DNA of 64,000 bases from a virus (IMGVR_UViG_3300030104_001945:234-64233), one strand, 5' to 3'; shown: positions 20,226 to 32,500, numbered from the stretch's first letter. The notes: generated from the sequence alone by a model not told the origin. Program-made: numbers and translations.

Positions 20226-20990
20226 ATGACACTAACAACAATTAATCTTGCAGCTTTAGGCGATACAATAAATTTAGGAACTGAAGTTACTGGCACACTA
20301 CCTACAGGTAATGGTGGCACTGGCTCAACAGCAACAACGTTTGTTAATGCAGCTACTAATGTGACGGGTACGCTCCCTGTTCCTAATGGTGGTACAAATT
20401 TAACATCAGGAACTACAGACCAGTTTTTAAAATTTACTGGCACAACTACTTTAGCTAGTTCAGTCGATAATTCTGGATTAACTTTTTTACAAACTGCTTC
20501 TGGTTCTAGTACAGCAAGTGTTGCTTTTACTGGATGGATTTCTGCTACTTATAGATATTACAAAGTTTATTATGAAGCTACTCCAACTGAGAATACTGAT
20601 TGTATTTTTACTTTTTATAAATCAAGTGGAGCAATAACAGGAGCTAATTTTGATAATGCTCATGCTGGTTTAAATGACGCTGGAAATTCAGAAACCTCTT
20701 ATAGTCGAAATGGAACATCAGTTCAAGTAGGTCATGGATTATACAAGAATACTGAAATTGATGATCCCTCTATTGTTGGGTGTATAGAATTTATAAATCC
20801 AGCAGACACTTCTAACACAACTTTAATGCTTAATCACTTTGCTACAAGAAATTCTTCTGGAGATTTTAGAAGTTATGCAGGTGGTATTTTATATGAAGAT
20901 CAAAATGCTTTAACAGGTTTTGCTTTGTCGTTTGCTAGTGGAAATGTTCATAGTGCCAAACTAACAGCTTATGGAATGAAAGATAGTTAA
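20226..20990 (+). CDS. Short fibre/receptor-binding protein
   Basis: VTGTLP..NGGT repeats; paralog of 15989. Confidence 0.6.
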   Translation: MTLTTINLAALGDTINLGTEVTGTLPTGNGGTGSTATTFVNAATNVTGTLPVPNGGTNLTSGTTDQFLKFTGTTTLASSVDNSGLTFLQTASGSSTASVAFTGWISATYRYYKVYYEATPTENTDCIFTFYKSSGAITGANFDNAHAGLNDAGNSETSYSRNGTSVQVGHGLYKNTEIDDPSIVGCIEFINPADTSNTTLMLNHFATRNSSGDFRSYAGGILYEDQNALTGFALSFASGNVHSAKLTAYGMKDS

Positions 20991-20991
20991 A

Positions 20992-21306
20992 ATGAAAATA
21001 ACAGAAAATAATGTAATTAGAGATATGACTTCTGAAGAAGAAGCACATCATACAAAAATACAAAGTGATTATGTTGCTAATGCAAGTAATAGAAAATTAG
21101 CTGAAATAAGAAAAATTAGAAATAAAAAACTTTCTGAAACAGATTATCTTGGATTATCAGATAATTCAATGTCTAGTGATTGGGTTGCAAAAAGAAAATC
21201 TTGGAGAGATATACCACAAGATTATACAACAGAAAGTCAATACGATACACTACTTGAAAAAAATGATGATGGTAGTTTAAAACATTCAATTTGGAATAAA
21301 CCCTAA
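20992..21306 (+). CDS. Tail fibre assembly chaperone
   Basis: RNKKLSETDY...RKSWRDIPQ; paralog of 16681. Confidence 0.72.
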   Translation: MKITENNVIRDMTSEEEAHHTKIQSDYVANASNRKLAEIRKIRNKKLSETDYLGLSDNSMSSDWVAKRKSWRDIPQDYTTESQYDTLLEKNDDGSLKHSIWNKP

Positions 21307-22040
21307 TGTTTTTTGGAGCAACTCCTTTTTCTGAAGTTGCATTCAGTGAAGATCCATTTCATAATGCAATTGTAGCTGTTTCAGGGCAGCAAGCAACTAT
21401 TACTCTTGGAAATGTTACAGTAGGCGCTGGAACAGTAGTTATACCTAGTGCTCAATTATTAAATGCTACTCTTAATAATGTAGCAGGAGTTACTGGCACT
21501 GCTTTATTTACTGCACCAGACCAACAGTTAAATATAGGACAAGGAGATGTTCTTCCTATTATTGATGGCCCGGCTGCAGCACAAGGACAGCAATTAAATA
21601 TAGCAGCATCTACTACTTTTTCTGTTAATACAGGACAAACCATATTATCTTCAGGGCAACAACTTTCAACTGCTGCTGGAAATGTTTTAGTTAATATTCC
21701 AAGTAGTGTTTTACTTAATGGACAGCAATTAGGAACGAGTGTTGGAAATGTAACAATAGCGGGTGGAGTAGTTTTAACTGCTATTGGAACACAAGCAACT
21801 ATAAGTGTAGGAGATGTTACTCAAGCTACTAATCAATTCATTACAGCGGGAAATCAAAATTTAAGTGCATTAACAGGAAATGTTACTATTAAACGTGATC
21901 AAATACTGTCAATTTCTGGAATTTCTGCTAATATAAGAGTTAGTTCAGCAATTTTCTGGGATCCAGTTATACCGGGTGTGAATAACTTATGGACGAATGT
22001 AAATGCGACAACTACTAATACTTGGACTAAAATAAATTAA
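21306..22040 (+). CDS. Tail structural protein
   Basis: MFFGATPFS N-terminus and GQQL...GNV repeats. Confidence 0.6.
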   Translation: MFFGATPFSEVAFSEDPFHNAIVAVSGQQATITLGNVTVGAGTVVIPSAQLLNATLNNVAGVTGTALFTAPDQQLNIGQGDVLPIIDGPAAAQGQQLNIAASTTFSVNTGQTILSSGQQLSTAAGNVLVNIPSSVLLNGQQLGTSVGNVTIAGGVVLTAIGTQATISVGDVTQATNQFITAGNQNLSALTGNVTIKRDQILSISGISANIRVSSAIFWDPVIPGVNNLWTNVNATTTNTWTKIN

Positions 22041-22052
22041 GGATAAATAACA

Positions 22053-22838
22053 ATGGCATCAACATATACCGCAAGATTAAAAATGGAAGTTATGGAAGCC
22101 GGTGCCAATTCTGGTACTTGGGGAAATAACACAAACGACAATTTAAAAGTAATAGACGCATCAATAGGAGGATATTTAAGTAAATCAGTATCTGGTAGTG
22201 CTAATGTTACTTTAACTACAGCTAATAGAGACCCTGATGTAGAAACAACAAATGAAGCTGGAAATGCAATCATTGATTTTAATGGAACACTATCTGGAAA
22301 TATTTATGTTTTTTTACCAGCTATTGAAAGAGAATATATACTTTACAATAATACCTCAGGATCTTACACATTACAAGTAGCGCCTACCGGGCATGCTGCA
22401 AATAATATAACTTTAACTCAAGGATCACATACTATTGCTTACATTCAAAATGGAGATAAAGTAAAAGATTTATTTGCTTCTTCTTTAGGAAATCTTTCAG
22501 TTTTAGGAAATGCATCAGTTGCAGGAATTTCAACTTTAACTGGAAATGTTGCAATGTCAGCTAACGCAACTGTAGGAGCTAAACTTACAGTAACAGGAGA
22601 TATAATTGCTTCAGCTAATGCTAATGTTACTACTAATGTTAATGTCACTGGAAATATTTCAGCGCATACCACAACTTCAAATGTTAATGTAACAGGTAAA
22701 ACTTTAACTCTTGATGATGATCAAATAGGTTTTGCAAAAGTAAATAACACTGGTAAAAATGCATTTGGAACAAGAACATTAAGTTCTTCTGCTCCAAGTG
22801 GTGGAGCAAGTGGTGATATTTGGTATAAATATTCTTAA
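22053..22838 (+). CDS. Tail fibre/baseplate protein
   Basis: GANSGTWG..TN.N N-terminus; PSGGASGDIW C-terminus. Confidence 0.65.
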   Translation: MASTYTARLKMEVMEAGANSGTWGNNTNDNLKVIDASIGGYLSKSVSGSANVTLTTANRDPDVETTNEAGNAIIDFNGTLSGNIYVFLPAIEREYILYNNTSGSYTLQVAPTGHAANNITLTQGSHTIAYIQNGDKVKDLFASSLGNLSVLGNASVAGISTLTGNVAMSANATVGAKLTVTGDIIASANANVTTNVNVTGNISAHTTTSNVNVTGKTLTLDDDQIGFAKVNNTGKNAFGTRTLSSSAPSGGASGDIWYKYS

Positions 22839-22843
22839 ATTAT

Positions 22844-23716
22844 ATGGCAACATATGTTAATGATAGTGGAACTTGGAGAGAAATAAATAATTTATATGTA
22901 CATGATGGAACATCATTTACTAATAAAACTATTGATAATGTCTATATAAATGATAGTGGGACTTGGAGAGAAGTCTTTACTCTTTTTACTACAACAGCTT
23001 ATTCTACATCTACTGGAAGTATAGTAGTTCCTGCGGGAGCTAATGCTATTCACGTACAATACGCTGTAGGTGGCGGTGGAGGTGGATTTCAAGGAGCTGA
23101 TTATGATAAAGCTGGTGGTGAATCCGCTGGATCTGGTGGAGCAGGTGGAGCATATATTTCTGATAAAGTATTTAGTATAACTGGTGGAGAAACACTAACT
23201 ATTGCTGCGGGAGCTGCTGGTGCAGCCGATACAAGTGGTAATAGATATTCAGGTTCATCTAGTTCTGGAGCAACTACTTCTGTTGTAGGAGGAATTACAG
23301 GGAGTTTATTTACTTTAGGAGGAGGTGGCGGTGCTTCTGCTGCTGGAGGAGGAGTTCAAGGTCCACTTCGTAGTAATACTGCTGGAACTGGGGGAACTGC
23401 TACTATTTCTACTTCTTTATCTTCGGGAACTACTACTGATGGAATAAATATAACAAGTTTAAATGGAGGACCTACAGGAACATTTAATCAAGGCGGTGCT
23501 GGAGGTGATGGTACTACAAATGGAAATTGTAGTGGAGATAACTGTAGTATTGGAGGAAGTACAGGTGGTACTTCATATAATGGAAATATAGCTGGTGGCG
23601 GTGCTGGAACTGCTGGAACTCGTGGCTCTGGAGGAGGAGGTGGAGGTCATCCATACTCTCTTGGAGGTGCGGGTGGTGCTGGTGAAATTAATTATAGATT
23701 TATGAGAATTACCTAA
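22844..23716 (+). CDS. Glycine-rich tail protein
   Basis: Multiple GGGGG tracts; duplicated YVNDSGTWRE. Confidence 0.7.
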   Translation: MATYVNDSGTWREINNLYVHDGTSFTNKTIDNVYINDSGTWREVFTLFTTTAYSTSTGSIVVPAGANAIHVQYAVGGGGGGFQGADYDKAGGESAGSGGAGGAYISDKVFSITGGETLTIAAGAAGAADTSGNRYSGSSSSGATTSVVGGITGSLFTLGGGGGASAAGGGVQGPLRSNTAGTGGTATISTSLSSGTTTDGINITSLNGGPTGTFNQGGAGGDGTTNGNCSGDNCSIGGSTGGTSYNGNIAGGGAGTAGTRGSGGGGGGHPYSLGGAGGAGEINYRFMRIT

Positions 23717-25566
23717 TGGCATATACTAATGTAAAATTTATTGGAGGAATTAATAAAGAAACGACAGAGTATGGCGCTGAAGGTCAATGGGTTGATGGTG
23801 ATAAAATTCGTTTTAGATATGGACTTCCTCAAAAAATAGGGGGTTGGGTTAAAGCTTCTACTTTTGCTTTATTAGGAGTAGCGAGAGGTTTATTTAGTTG
23901 GTTTGATTTAAGTGGTACTCGTTATGCAGCAATAGGAACTAATAGAAAAGTTTATTTATTTGAAGGCGATAACTTTTATGATATTACACCAATAAGAACA
24001 ACTAAAGCAAGTCAAACTAACTGTTTTACAAGTACTAATGGATCAGCGACAGTTAAATGTACAGTCGTTAATCATGGGTCAGTAGCTGGAGAAGTTGTTA
24101 TAATTTCTGCAGTATCAAGTTTAGCTGCTACTACTTCTTTTACTGTAGCTAATTTTGAAAATCAATTTGAAATACAATCCGTTATAGATTCAGATAATTT
24201 TAATATTACTATGCCTGCAACAGAAACAGCCGCTGGAATAACTGCAAATGGAACTGCAACTTTTGCTTTTCAAATAGAAGTAGAGCCAGCAACTCAAACT
24301 TATGGATACGGTTGGGGAACTAATACTTGGGGAACTTCAACTTGGGGTACAGCTCGTTCTACCTCTAACGTTATTCTTGATGCAGGGATATGGCATTTTG
24401 ATAATGCCGGTGAAGATTTATTTGCATGGCAAAAAAATGGAGGATTATATAAATGGGATGTTACTACAGGAGTAAGTACACCTTTAACGATAGTAACGAA
24501 TGCTCCCACTAAATCTGTAACTGGATTAATTTCTACTCCTGATAGACACGCTATTTGTTTTGGAACTACTTTAATTGGAACTACTGATCAAGATAAAATG
24601 TTTATTCGTTGGTCAAGTCAAGAAGATTTTACTAATTGGACTCCAGCGGTTGCTAATACTTCAGGCTCTCAACGATTAGGAGAGGGAAGTAGAATTATCG
24701 CAGCGCAATCTACACGTGGTGAGATATTAGTTTGGACTGATACTGCATTACATTCAATGCAATTTATTGGTCCTCCTTATACTTTTGGATTTAGATTACT
24801 AGGAACAGATTGTGGACTCGTTGCTTTAAACGCAGCGGTAGTAGTTAATGATAAAGCTTATTGGATGGCCGATGGTAGATTTATGACTTACTCGGGAGCA
24901 ATACAAGAAATACCTTGTAGTGTAAAACAGTATGTATTTAATGATATTAATAGAACACAATACTCACAAGTATATGCAGGAGAAAATAATCAATTTAATG
25001 AAGTAGTTTGGTATTATTGTTCTGCTAGTAGTAGTGAGATAGATAGATATGTTATTTATAACTATGTAGAAAATGTGTGGTATATAGGTAATCTAAATAG
25101 AACTGCATGGATAGATAATTCAGTTTTTCAACAACCTATGGCGTTAAATTATGACTCTACATCTACTGCAGCAACGCAGACGATAGTTTATGGTGCAAGC
25201 CCTGGACGTTCCTATCTCTATGATCATGAATCAGGGACATCAGATGATGGTGCTATTTTAGAATCAACTTTAACGAGTGGTGATGCTGATATTGCAGATG
25301 GAGATACTTTTACTTTTATTAGAGGGATAATTCCTGATTTTAAAAACTTAACAGGGACTGTAAAGATGGTTGTTCAATCTCGTGATTTTCCTGCGGATTC
25401 TCAGACGACTACGAGTAACTTATCCGTTACTTCTTCTACTAGATTAGTGAATATGAGATCACGTGGACGTCAAGTTTCGCTTAAAATATTTAACGATACT
25501 TCTACTAGTGATAACTGGAGATTTGGGACTTTACGACTAGATACAAAACAAGATGGTAAAAGATGA
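23716..25566 (+). CDS. Tail nozzle/DNA stabilisation protein (P22 gp10-like)
   Basis: 616 aa beta-propeller-like, IRWSSQED..W, precedes ejection genes. Confidence 0.75.
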   Translation: MAYTNVKFIGGINKETTEYGAEGQWVDGDKIRFRYGLPQKIGGWVKASTFALLGVARGLFSWFDLSGTRYAAIGTNRKVYLFEGDNFYDITPIRTTKASQTNCFTSTNGSATVKCTVVNHGSVAGEVVIISAVSSLAATTSFTVANFENQFEIQSVIDSDNFNITMPATETAAGITANGTATFAFQIEVEPATQTYGYGWGTNTWGTSTWGTARSTSNVILDAGIWHFDNAGEDLFAWQKNGGLYKWDVTTGVSTPLTIVTNAPTKSVTGLISTPDRHAICFGTTLIGTTDQDKMFIRWSSQEDFTNWTPAVANTSGSQRLGEGSRIIAAQSTRGEILVWTDTALHSMQFIGPPYTFGFRLLGTDCGLVALNAAVVVNDKAYWMADGRFMTYSGAIQEIPCSVKQYVFNDINRTQYSQVYAGENNQFNEVVWYYCSASSSEIDRYVIYNYVENVWYIGNLNRTAWIDNSVFQQPMALNYDSTSTAATQTIVYGASPGRSYLYDHESGTSDDGAILESTLTSGDADIADGDTFTFIRGIIPDFKNLTGTVKMVVQSRDFPADSQTTTSNLSVTSSTRLVNMRSRGRQVSLKIFNDTSTSDNWRFGTLRLDTKQDGKR

Positions 25567-25817
25567 GTTTTAAACCACCTCCTAGTTTACCTATCGCAAT
25601 AGAAGGTCAAGATTTAGTAACTACTCTAAATGTTACTACTAGCACATTAGAAAGATATTTGACTGAAATAACACAAGCTGCAGCTATTGGATATTCAACT
25701 TCTAATATCACTGAAACAAAAACATTAAATGGCTCTACAGCAAGTTTAGCTGACGTTATTAATGTACTTGGAACCCTAATAGATGTATTAAAAACTAAAG
25801 GATTATTAGATGATTAA
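25563..25817 (+). CDS. Small virion protein
   Basis: Coupled ORF; position. Confidence 0.55.
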   Translation: MSFKPPPSLPIAIEGQDLVTTLNVTTSTLERYLTEITQAAAIGYSTSNITETKTLNGSTASLADVINVLGTLIDVLKTKGLLDD

Positions 25818-26253
25818 ATTAAGAATAGCTAAAGATACTGATACACATCAAATACGAGAACTTTTAAAAAAATGGTTAATTGAGACAAAACTTAACTTTG
25901 GGCAAACAAACAATAGCAAAGCCAGTGAAAATATATTAGAATACATACGTCAACACTTTGTGGTAGTAGCAGAGCAAGACGATAAGATTATTGGAAGTAT
26001 AGCAATGGCAAATTGTGATACTTGGTATACCGATAAAGCTTTTTATAGAACGTTATGGTTTTTTGTAGATGAAACGAAAAGAAATCCTAATATCGCTAAA
26101 AGTTTATTGGATTTTGCAAGAGAGTATGCAAAAGGAAGAAATACACCAATGATTTTAGAGATTATGCAAGGAAAAGATATGGAGAGAAAACATCAATGGG
26201 TTACACGCCAAAATCTTAATTATCTAGGTGGAACTTATTCAGAGGGAATATAA
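25810..26253 (+). CDS. GNAT acetyltransferase-fold protein
   Basis: LRIA...VVAEQDDKIIG...FFVDETKRNPNIAKSLL. Confidence 0.8.
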   Translation: MIKLRIAKDTDTHQIRELLKKWLIETKLNFGQTNNSKASENILEYIRQHFVVVAEQDDKIIGSIAMANCDTWYTDKAFYRTLWFFVDETKRNPNIAKSLLDFAREYAKGRNTPMILEIMQGKDMERKHQWVTRQNLNYLGGTYSEGI

Positions 26254-27152
26254 TGGGAAGTATATTTAAACCACAATCATCAGTCGTACCAGCAAGTTCT
26301 TCGGGAGAAACTAAATACGAAATACCAGAATATTTTAAAAAAGCACAAGAAGCATTATTTAAAAGAGCTGAAGCTGAATCACAAAGACCTTACGAATCAT
26401 ATAGTGGAAAAAGAATAGCTGATTTTACTAAAGGTCAAAAAGATGCTATGGGAGTTGCTTATGGTAATTTAGGAGCGTTTGAAAAATCAGGAGCTACTAA
26501 AGAAGCAAGAGGAATACTTGATCAAATGAAAGCTGTTGGTGAAGAAAGATTTGAAGGATCAACTGTAGATCAATACATGAATCCATATATTCAAAATGTA
26601 GTTGATAGGTCAATGGCAAGTTTAGGAGAAATAGCAGGACAACAAAGAGGAGCACGAGCAGCAGGACAAATATCTGGAGGAGCTTATGGTGGATCAAGAG
26701 CAGCAATTGAAAATGCTTTAGCACAACAAGGAGAGATGAAACAAGCAGGAGATTTAACTGCTCAATTAATGGCTTCTGGTTTTGAATCAGGAAGAGGAGC
26801 ATTTCAACAAGATAGAAATACAAGAATGAGTAATCTTGGTGCATTAGCGCAAGCAATACCAGCTCTTCAATTACAAAAACAAGGCACAGCGATGAATGAA
26901 GCACAAGCTGCTATGCAATATGGCGGGCAAGAACAAGCTCTTAATCAAGCTAACTTAAATGAATTATATAAAGACTTTATAGAAAAACAAGGATTTGGAA
27001 GAGGTCAATTAGGTTTCTTATCTCAAATTTTAGGGGCTGCACCTATAAGAAGTTATGGACAGTCATCTACTGGTATGCAAGAAAATGTAATTGGTGGAAC
27101 TTCACCATTTGCTCAAATAGCTGGCGCAATGATGGCTGGAATGAAATTATAA
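26253..27152 (+). CDS. Internal virion/ejection protein
   Basis: Gln/Ala/Gly-rich helical, YMNPY, GAYGGSR. Confidence 0.7.
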   Translation: MGSIFKPQSSVVPASSSGETKYEIPEYFKKAQEALFKRAEAESQRPYESYSGKRIADFTKGQKDAMGVAYGNLGAFEKSGATKEARGILDQMKAVGEERFEGSTVDQYMNPYIQNVVDRSMASLGEIAGQQRGARAAGQISGGAYGGSRAAIENALAQQGEMKQAGDLTAQLMASGFESGRGAFQQDRNTRMSNLGALAQAIPALQLQKQGTAMNEAQAAMQYGGQEQALNQANLNELYKDFIEKQGFGRGQLGFLSQILGAAPIRSYGQSSTGMQENVIGGTSPFAQIAGAMMAGMKL

Positions 27153-27164
27153 ATTTAAATTAAT

Positions 27165-29531
27165 ATGGCAATAGCTAATTTTTTTAACCCTAATGGAACT
27201 GCTACAGATGATATCATGCAGTTAAAAATGTTATCAGATGATAATAATGGAGAATTAGAAACAGTCGTTAATGAACAACTTATTAGTAAATATGGAAGTT
27301 TAGATAAACTTTACGATCAATATCAAGCTGAACAATCAGCTGGTGCGGGCGCTGGAATTGGAGCTTTACCAGAAAGTGATGTAGCTTATAATGAAAAAAT
27401 AGCTGGATTAATTGCAGAAAGTGGAGCTGGTTCAGGGAATGATATGATGGTTGATTATTATAATAATCAAACCGATGCTGTTGGTCAAATGCAAAAACTT
27501 GTAGATCAATCAGGGAGTGGAGGAGAAGTTATAGCAGCTTCTACTACAGCAACAAAAGATCCACCAAAAGATCCAGGAGAAGATTTAACTTTTGGTAAAG
27601 TAGTTTCACAAATAGTAGGAATACCTTTTCAAGCTGTTGAGGGAATGTATAATAAAGTAGGAAGTACATATGAAACTCTTACTAATGAAGATAAATTTGC
27701 TTCATGGTTACAATCTCCTCAAACACAAGCTGGATTACGAATGATACAAGCAGGGGGAACACCAAGTTTCGCTTCTCCTTTTGCTAAAATGTCAAAAGCT
27801 TTAATAGACACTTCTACTTATTTATCTGCAGCTGCAGAAGCAAAAGCTGGAAGTAAAGGAACTAATAAAGTTAGTGACTTATTATATATTCCAGGACAAA
27901 ATCCCGCTGTAGACATGTTATTAAAAATGCAACCACATAGTGAAGGTGAGGGGTCAATGTATGATTTCTTAATTAGTGAATCTATGAAAAATAATTATTT
28001 TAAAATTGGAATGATTACTAATAACGGTCAAATGGTAGGAATTGATGGAGTGTTAAAACCAAATGATGCTAATTATAGTGATGAAACATTTGAAAATTAT
28101 ATTGTAGGAGATAATGAAGAAATAGATAAATTACTTACAAAAGCTGGACTTATTGATAAAATAAAAAATAGTAAAACTAATAAAATAAATATTACTATGG
28201 GTCCAATGGATAAAATGTTTGCTATTGAAAATATAGAAACTGATGGAGTAGAATATAAATCAGGGGAATTCTTTGAAACATATGATCCAGATACAGTTCT
28301 AGGTAAAAAAATAGAAGCACGTTATCCTAATCAATTTAAAAAAGGAGATCAAATAAAAGTTGAAGCATTTACAGGAGAGATTAATGGAGAAATTCAATGG
28401 GGAGATTTAATCTCTGTAGTGGACGCAGCTAATCCTAAAACACAAAGTACATTAGAACATTTAGCAGATATGCCTCGTTCTGTATCTGCCAGCGCAGATG
28501 TAACTACTTTTAAAGATCAATTAGATTCTAGTAGAAAACAAGCTGTTTCATTAAATAACGCAACTGGTGCGTTAATGACATTAGATAATCCTAAAGATAC
28601 TTTAGGTGCATTACAAAATTTCTTTACTCCTTTTGCCAATGTTATTGATAGATTAATGGGTAATACTGCAGCTGGAGATTTTATTTTAAAAGCATTAGTA
28701 GGATCAAAAGACGCATTTCAAGCACGAGAAGAAGCTGCTGCATATTTAAATAGTACCGTTATTCCTAAATTAAAAGATTTTTATCCAGTTTCAGATAAAG
28801 ACGTTGCATTCATTAAACAAACAATGGCTAATCTAGGAACAAAATCTTACTTTAAACTTGCTGCTTTTTATAATGGTATGTACGCATTTGATGAAAGAAT
28901 GAATGACGGACTTCAAGTATTTTATCAACGTATGAAAGATGAACAAGGTATTACAGGGTACGACTTTAGTCCTGATGGAATTAAATTTGATGGAAAAACA
29001 TATAATGAAGCATTAAGATTTGCTCGTGCATGGGCTAATAAAAGTATTGAAGAAGAATGGGAAGAAGCTATTAAAGATCAAAAAATTATTGATGCCGCTA
29101 AAAATATGAGAGGTATTAAAGAGTCAGATTTATTAAGTGGTGATATTGGAAATACAACTAAACTCGCTATTATTAATTATGCAAATTCAGCAGATAAAAT
29201 GGTAGTAGATTCTGAAAAAATTAGAGCCAATAATAAAGCTGAACTTCAACAAATATTTATGGGAACAGGAACTGCAGATAGAGCAACTGAATTAGCTAAT
29301 AATATAATGAATAGAAGATTTGCTATTCTTGGATTAATAGAAACTTATAAAAAAGCTGGAAAGCTTAATAAAGATAATCAATGGGCGCTAGATCAAATTA
29401 CACAACAAATAGAATCTTTTGAAGATACTTATGGATTAGATTATGGAACTATTGGAAAAGAAGAATGGATAGGCGTAGAAAAAGATCCACAAAATTTCTA
29501 CACATATGTATTTAATGAATTGAACGCATAA
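27165..29531 (+). CDS. Large internal virion/ejection protein
   Basis: 788 aa, position after small ejection protein. Confidence 0.6.
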   Translation: MAIANFFNPNGTATDDIMQLKMLSDDNNGELETVVNEQLISKYGSLDKLYDQYQAEQSAGAGAGIGALPESDVAYNEKIAGLIAESGAGSGNDMMVDYYNNQTDAVGQMQKLVDQSGSGGEVIAASTTATKDPPKDPGEDLTFGKVVSQIVGIPFQAVEGMYNKVGSTYETLTNEDKFASWLQSPQTQAGLRMIQAGGTPSFASPFAKMSKALIDTSTYLSAAAEAKAGSKGTNKVSDLLYIPGQNPAVDMLLKMQPHSEGEGSMYDFLISESMKNNYFKIGMITNNGQMVGIDGVLKPNDANYSDETFENYIVGDNEEIDKLLTKAGLIDKIKNSKTNKINITMGPMDKMFAIENIETDGVEYKSGEFFETYDPDTVLGKKIEARYPNQFKKGDQIKVEAFTGEINGEIQWGDLISVVDAANPKTQSTLEHLADMPRSVSASADVTTFKDQLDSSRKQAVSLNNATGALMTLDNPKDTLGALQNFFTPFANVIDRLMGNTAAGDFILKALVGSKDAFQAREEAAAYLNSTVIPKLKDFYPVSDKDVAFIKQTMANLGTKSYFKLAAFYNGMYAFDERMNDGLQVFYQRMKDEQGITGYDFSPDGIKFDGKTYNEALRFARAWANKSIEEEWEEAIKDQKIIDAAKNMRGIKESDLLSGDIGNTTKLAIINYANSADKMVVDSEKIRANNKAELQQIFMGTGTADRATELANNIMNRRFAILGLIETYKKAGKLNKDNQWALDQITQQIESFEDTYGLDYGTIGKEEWIGVEKDPQNFYTYVFNELNA

Positions 29532-32500
29532 TGAATGAAATTTTAAATAATTTAGATAAATCTGTTTTAGATGAAGATACATTAAAATTACTAGAATTAG
29601 ATACAGATTCTATTAAACAACAGGACACTGTACCTGGAGATAATATTTCTCAAGAAGATATTATACTAGATGATAATGAATATGTAAAAAGTGAATTAGG
29701 AATTGATATGAACGCAATTCAAAAAGGTCTTGAGTTACGAAGTAAAAGAGAAACAGATGGATTAGATACATATTATGAAGATGTATTTACAAATATAATT
29801 AAGCCTAATAAAAATTGGAGTAATATAGTTTATCAAAATGGATTAGAATTAATGAAAGAAAAACATGGAGAAGGAGCAACTCCAGGATTTGTTGATGAAG
29901 AAACTTTATTTGAAGCAGGGAAAATATTCATTGATAATATGTATGAGTATAATCCAGATGTTCAATCAGCTTTTTTAAATTATAAAACCATGATTGAAGA
30001 TACTACTTCTGGAGAAGAAGCAATGCTTTTAAGTGGAATTAGTAATGAAGTATCCATGGATGTTTGGCCTAGACTTATAGTTGAAACATTAGGACCTAAT
30101 GCTGATATAGATTTAAAAAAATCTTTACTTACCACTGTACTTGAAAATCAAAATCCAAATTCTTCGGTAGAAGTAGGAACATTTGCAGAATTAACTCAAG
30201 GTATATATCAAGGAGATACTCCAGATGCATTAGCTTATAGAATTGATGGAAAAGCTATAACTCCAGTGAATGTTCCCGGGTTTGATACTAAAGATTTATC
30301 TCTTTTTTTAAGAGAATTACCAAATGTAGCGGCGAGTATTACAGCGGGAGCTAGTATGATTGCTTCGGGATATGGTATACCAGCTACAGCTGCGGCATCA
30401 GCATCAGCGGTAGCAATAACAGAATTAGCTACTAATGGTTTTGGATTTGCTTATGAAAAATATTATACTACAGGGGAAGTTACTGAAGAAGAAATAATCG
30501 ATTTTTTAAAAAATGCTTCTAAAGATGTTGCTTTTGCAGCAGCATTAGAAGGTACATTTGGAGTAGTTATTCCAGGTATGGCGACAGTAATAAAAAGAAT
30601 AATAAATAGAGGAGCAGTTGCTCCTCAAAAATTAAGGTCTGCATATCATCAGAGCCTTAAAGGAGGAGATAAAACGAGTGAAAAAGCTGTAAAAGATTTA
30701 GCTAAAATAAATAAAATAATGACAGATAGATTAGGTAAAAATCCTAATAGCCCTGATGGCACTTGGATAGATTTAAATATTCTTCAAACATTTAAAGGAG
30801 CAATTCCAGCAACTCAAAAAGCTTCTCAAGTGTTAAGTAATAAAGGATTAACAGCTACTGATATAGCAGCTACTAAAATAGTACAAGACACTTCTGAGGC
30901 ATTTCAATTAATATTTGCAAAAAATATTGATGACGGTATGATTACTCCGGGAATGCTTCCTAACTTTACTGCAAGCCCTAGTATTTTATTTGGAGATGCT
31001 TTTCAAAAAATAGCTGGTCAAATGGGAGAAGCAAATCTTAAAGAAGTTGAAGCTTTATTTACTAAACCATTAGATGAACTTACTGCTATTTTAAATGTTT
31101 TTAATAAAAGTAATGTATTGGAAAATCCTAATGCAGTATTTGATAAAAGTATGATTAGTGGCAGTGGTCAAGAAATTTTAGAAAAACTTATTCAAAATGG
31201 AAATACTAATATAGCTTCTGTATTTGAAATAGCTGGAGTTAAATTAACTGACGAAATTATTAGACCAGCTAATTTAAGAAGTTCTGCGTATCAGTTTTTA
31301 AAAAGTATTGATGATGGTCTCTTAAAAAATTTAGATGAACCTCAACAAAAAGCTTTAAAAGAAATAGTCAAAAAACTTTCTGTCTATACAAAAAATACTC
31401 CTGGACGTGGTAAGTTAAAAGATTTATCTTATAATCAAGTAGATGCTATTTTAAATCAATTAAATGAAATGATAGATAATCCTGCACTTTATGGAGGACT
31501 AGGAAAAAATAATAAAACTCTAGTAATGGCAGGAGCTTTACGAGAAGATTTAGAAAAGGGATTAAGAAAAGCTTTAGGTGATGATAACTGGTTAAAAATA
31601 AAAGGACAACGTTCTGAATTAAAAGCAATAAATGATTTAAGAAAAGGAGAGTTGTTTAAAAAAATACTTAAATCAGATGAATTTTTTACTGATCAAAATG
31701 GAGGAGCTTTTTTCAAAAGTGTTAAAAATAATTCTAAAGTTTTATCACAAATGAATTCTGTCTTTAATAGAATGCCATCTTTAGGAGATCAAAAAAGATT
31801 ATTTAAAATGGGAATTATTGACGATTTAACTGATGCTATTAATGGCCCAACTGGAGACGCATTAGAAATGGCGATTAAAAATAAAGATTTTAAATTCGTT
31901 AATGCAGCATATAAAACTTGGATGAAAGCTAATAGAAAAAATATATCTCAATTTTTTACTAAAGAAGAAATGAAGTTATTAGATACTAATGCAATTAAAG
32001 CCACTAATTTATTAGAAACTCTTACGAAAAAAAGAGGTGCTGAAATGGATCTCGTTAAACAATTCACTGGAAAATTACAAGCAATGGATCCTCAAGCTTT
32101 ATTAGGTTTTTTTAAGAAAAATCCAAAGCAATTTAAAAAATTTTATGAAGAAGGTATAAAAAAAGGAATCTTTGATAAAGAAGCTATGACTAACTTTAAA
32201 AAATATGTTGCTATGAGTTTTAATAATAAAACCCTTGCAACCCAAGGCGATGGTTTATTTTTATATGATCCTGATGCAATGATTAAAGAAATTTTAGATG
32301 CTCCTGATTTTTATAGAAATGTATTTGGAGAACAATGGTTAAAAGACGCATCAGAAATGGCTAATTTTTTACAACAATATTATTCTCCTATCAAAACTTT
32401 AATTAGTGGTGGAGATAATCAAGCTGCAAGGGCTGCTTTGCAAAATGTTTTTATGGGACAACTTGATAGAAAAAGAACTTTTTTTAGAGGTACTTTAAAT

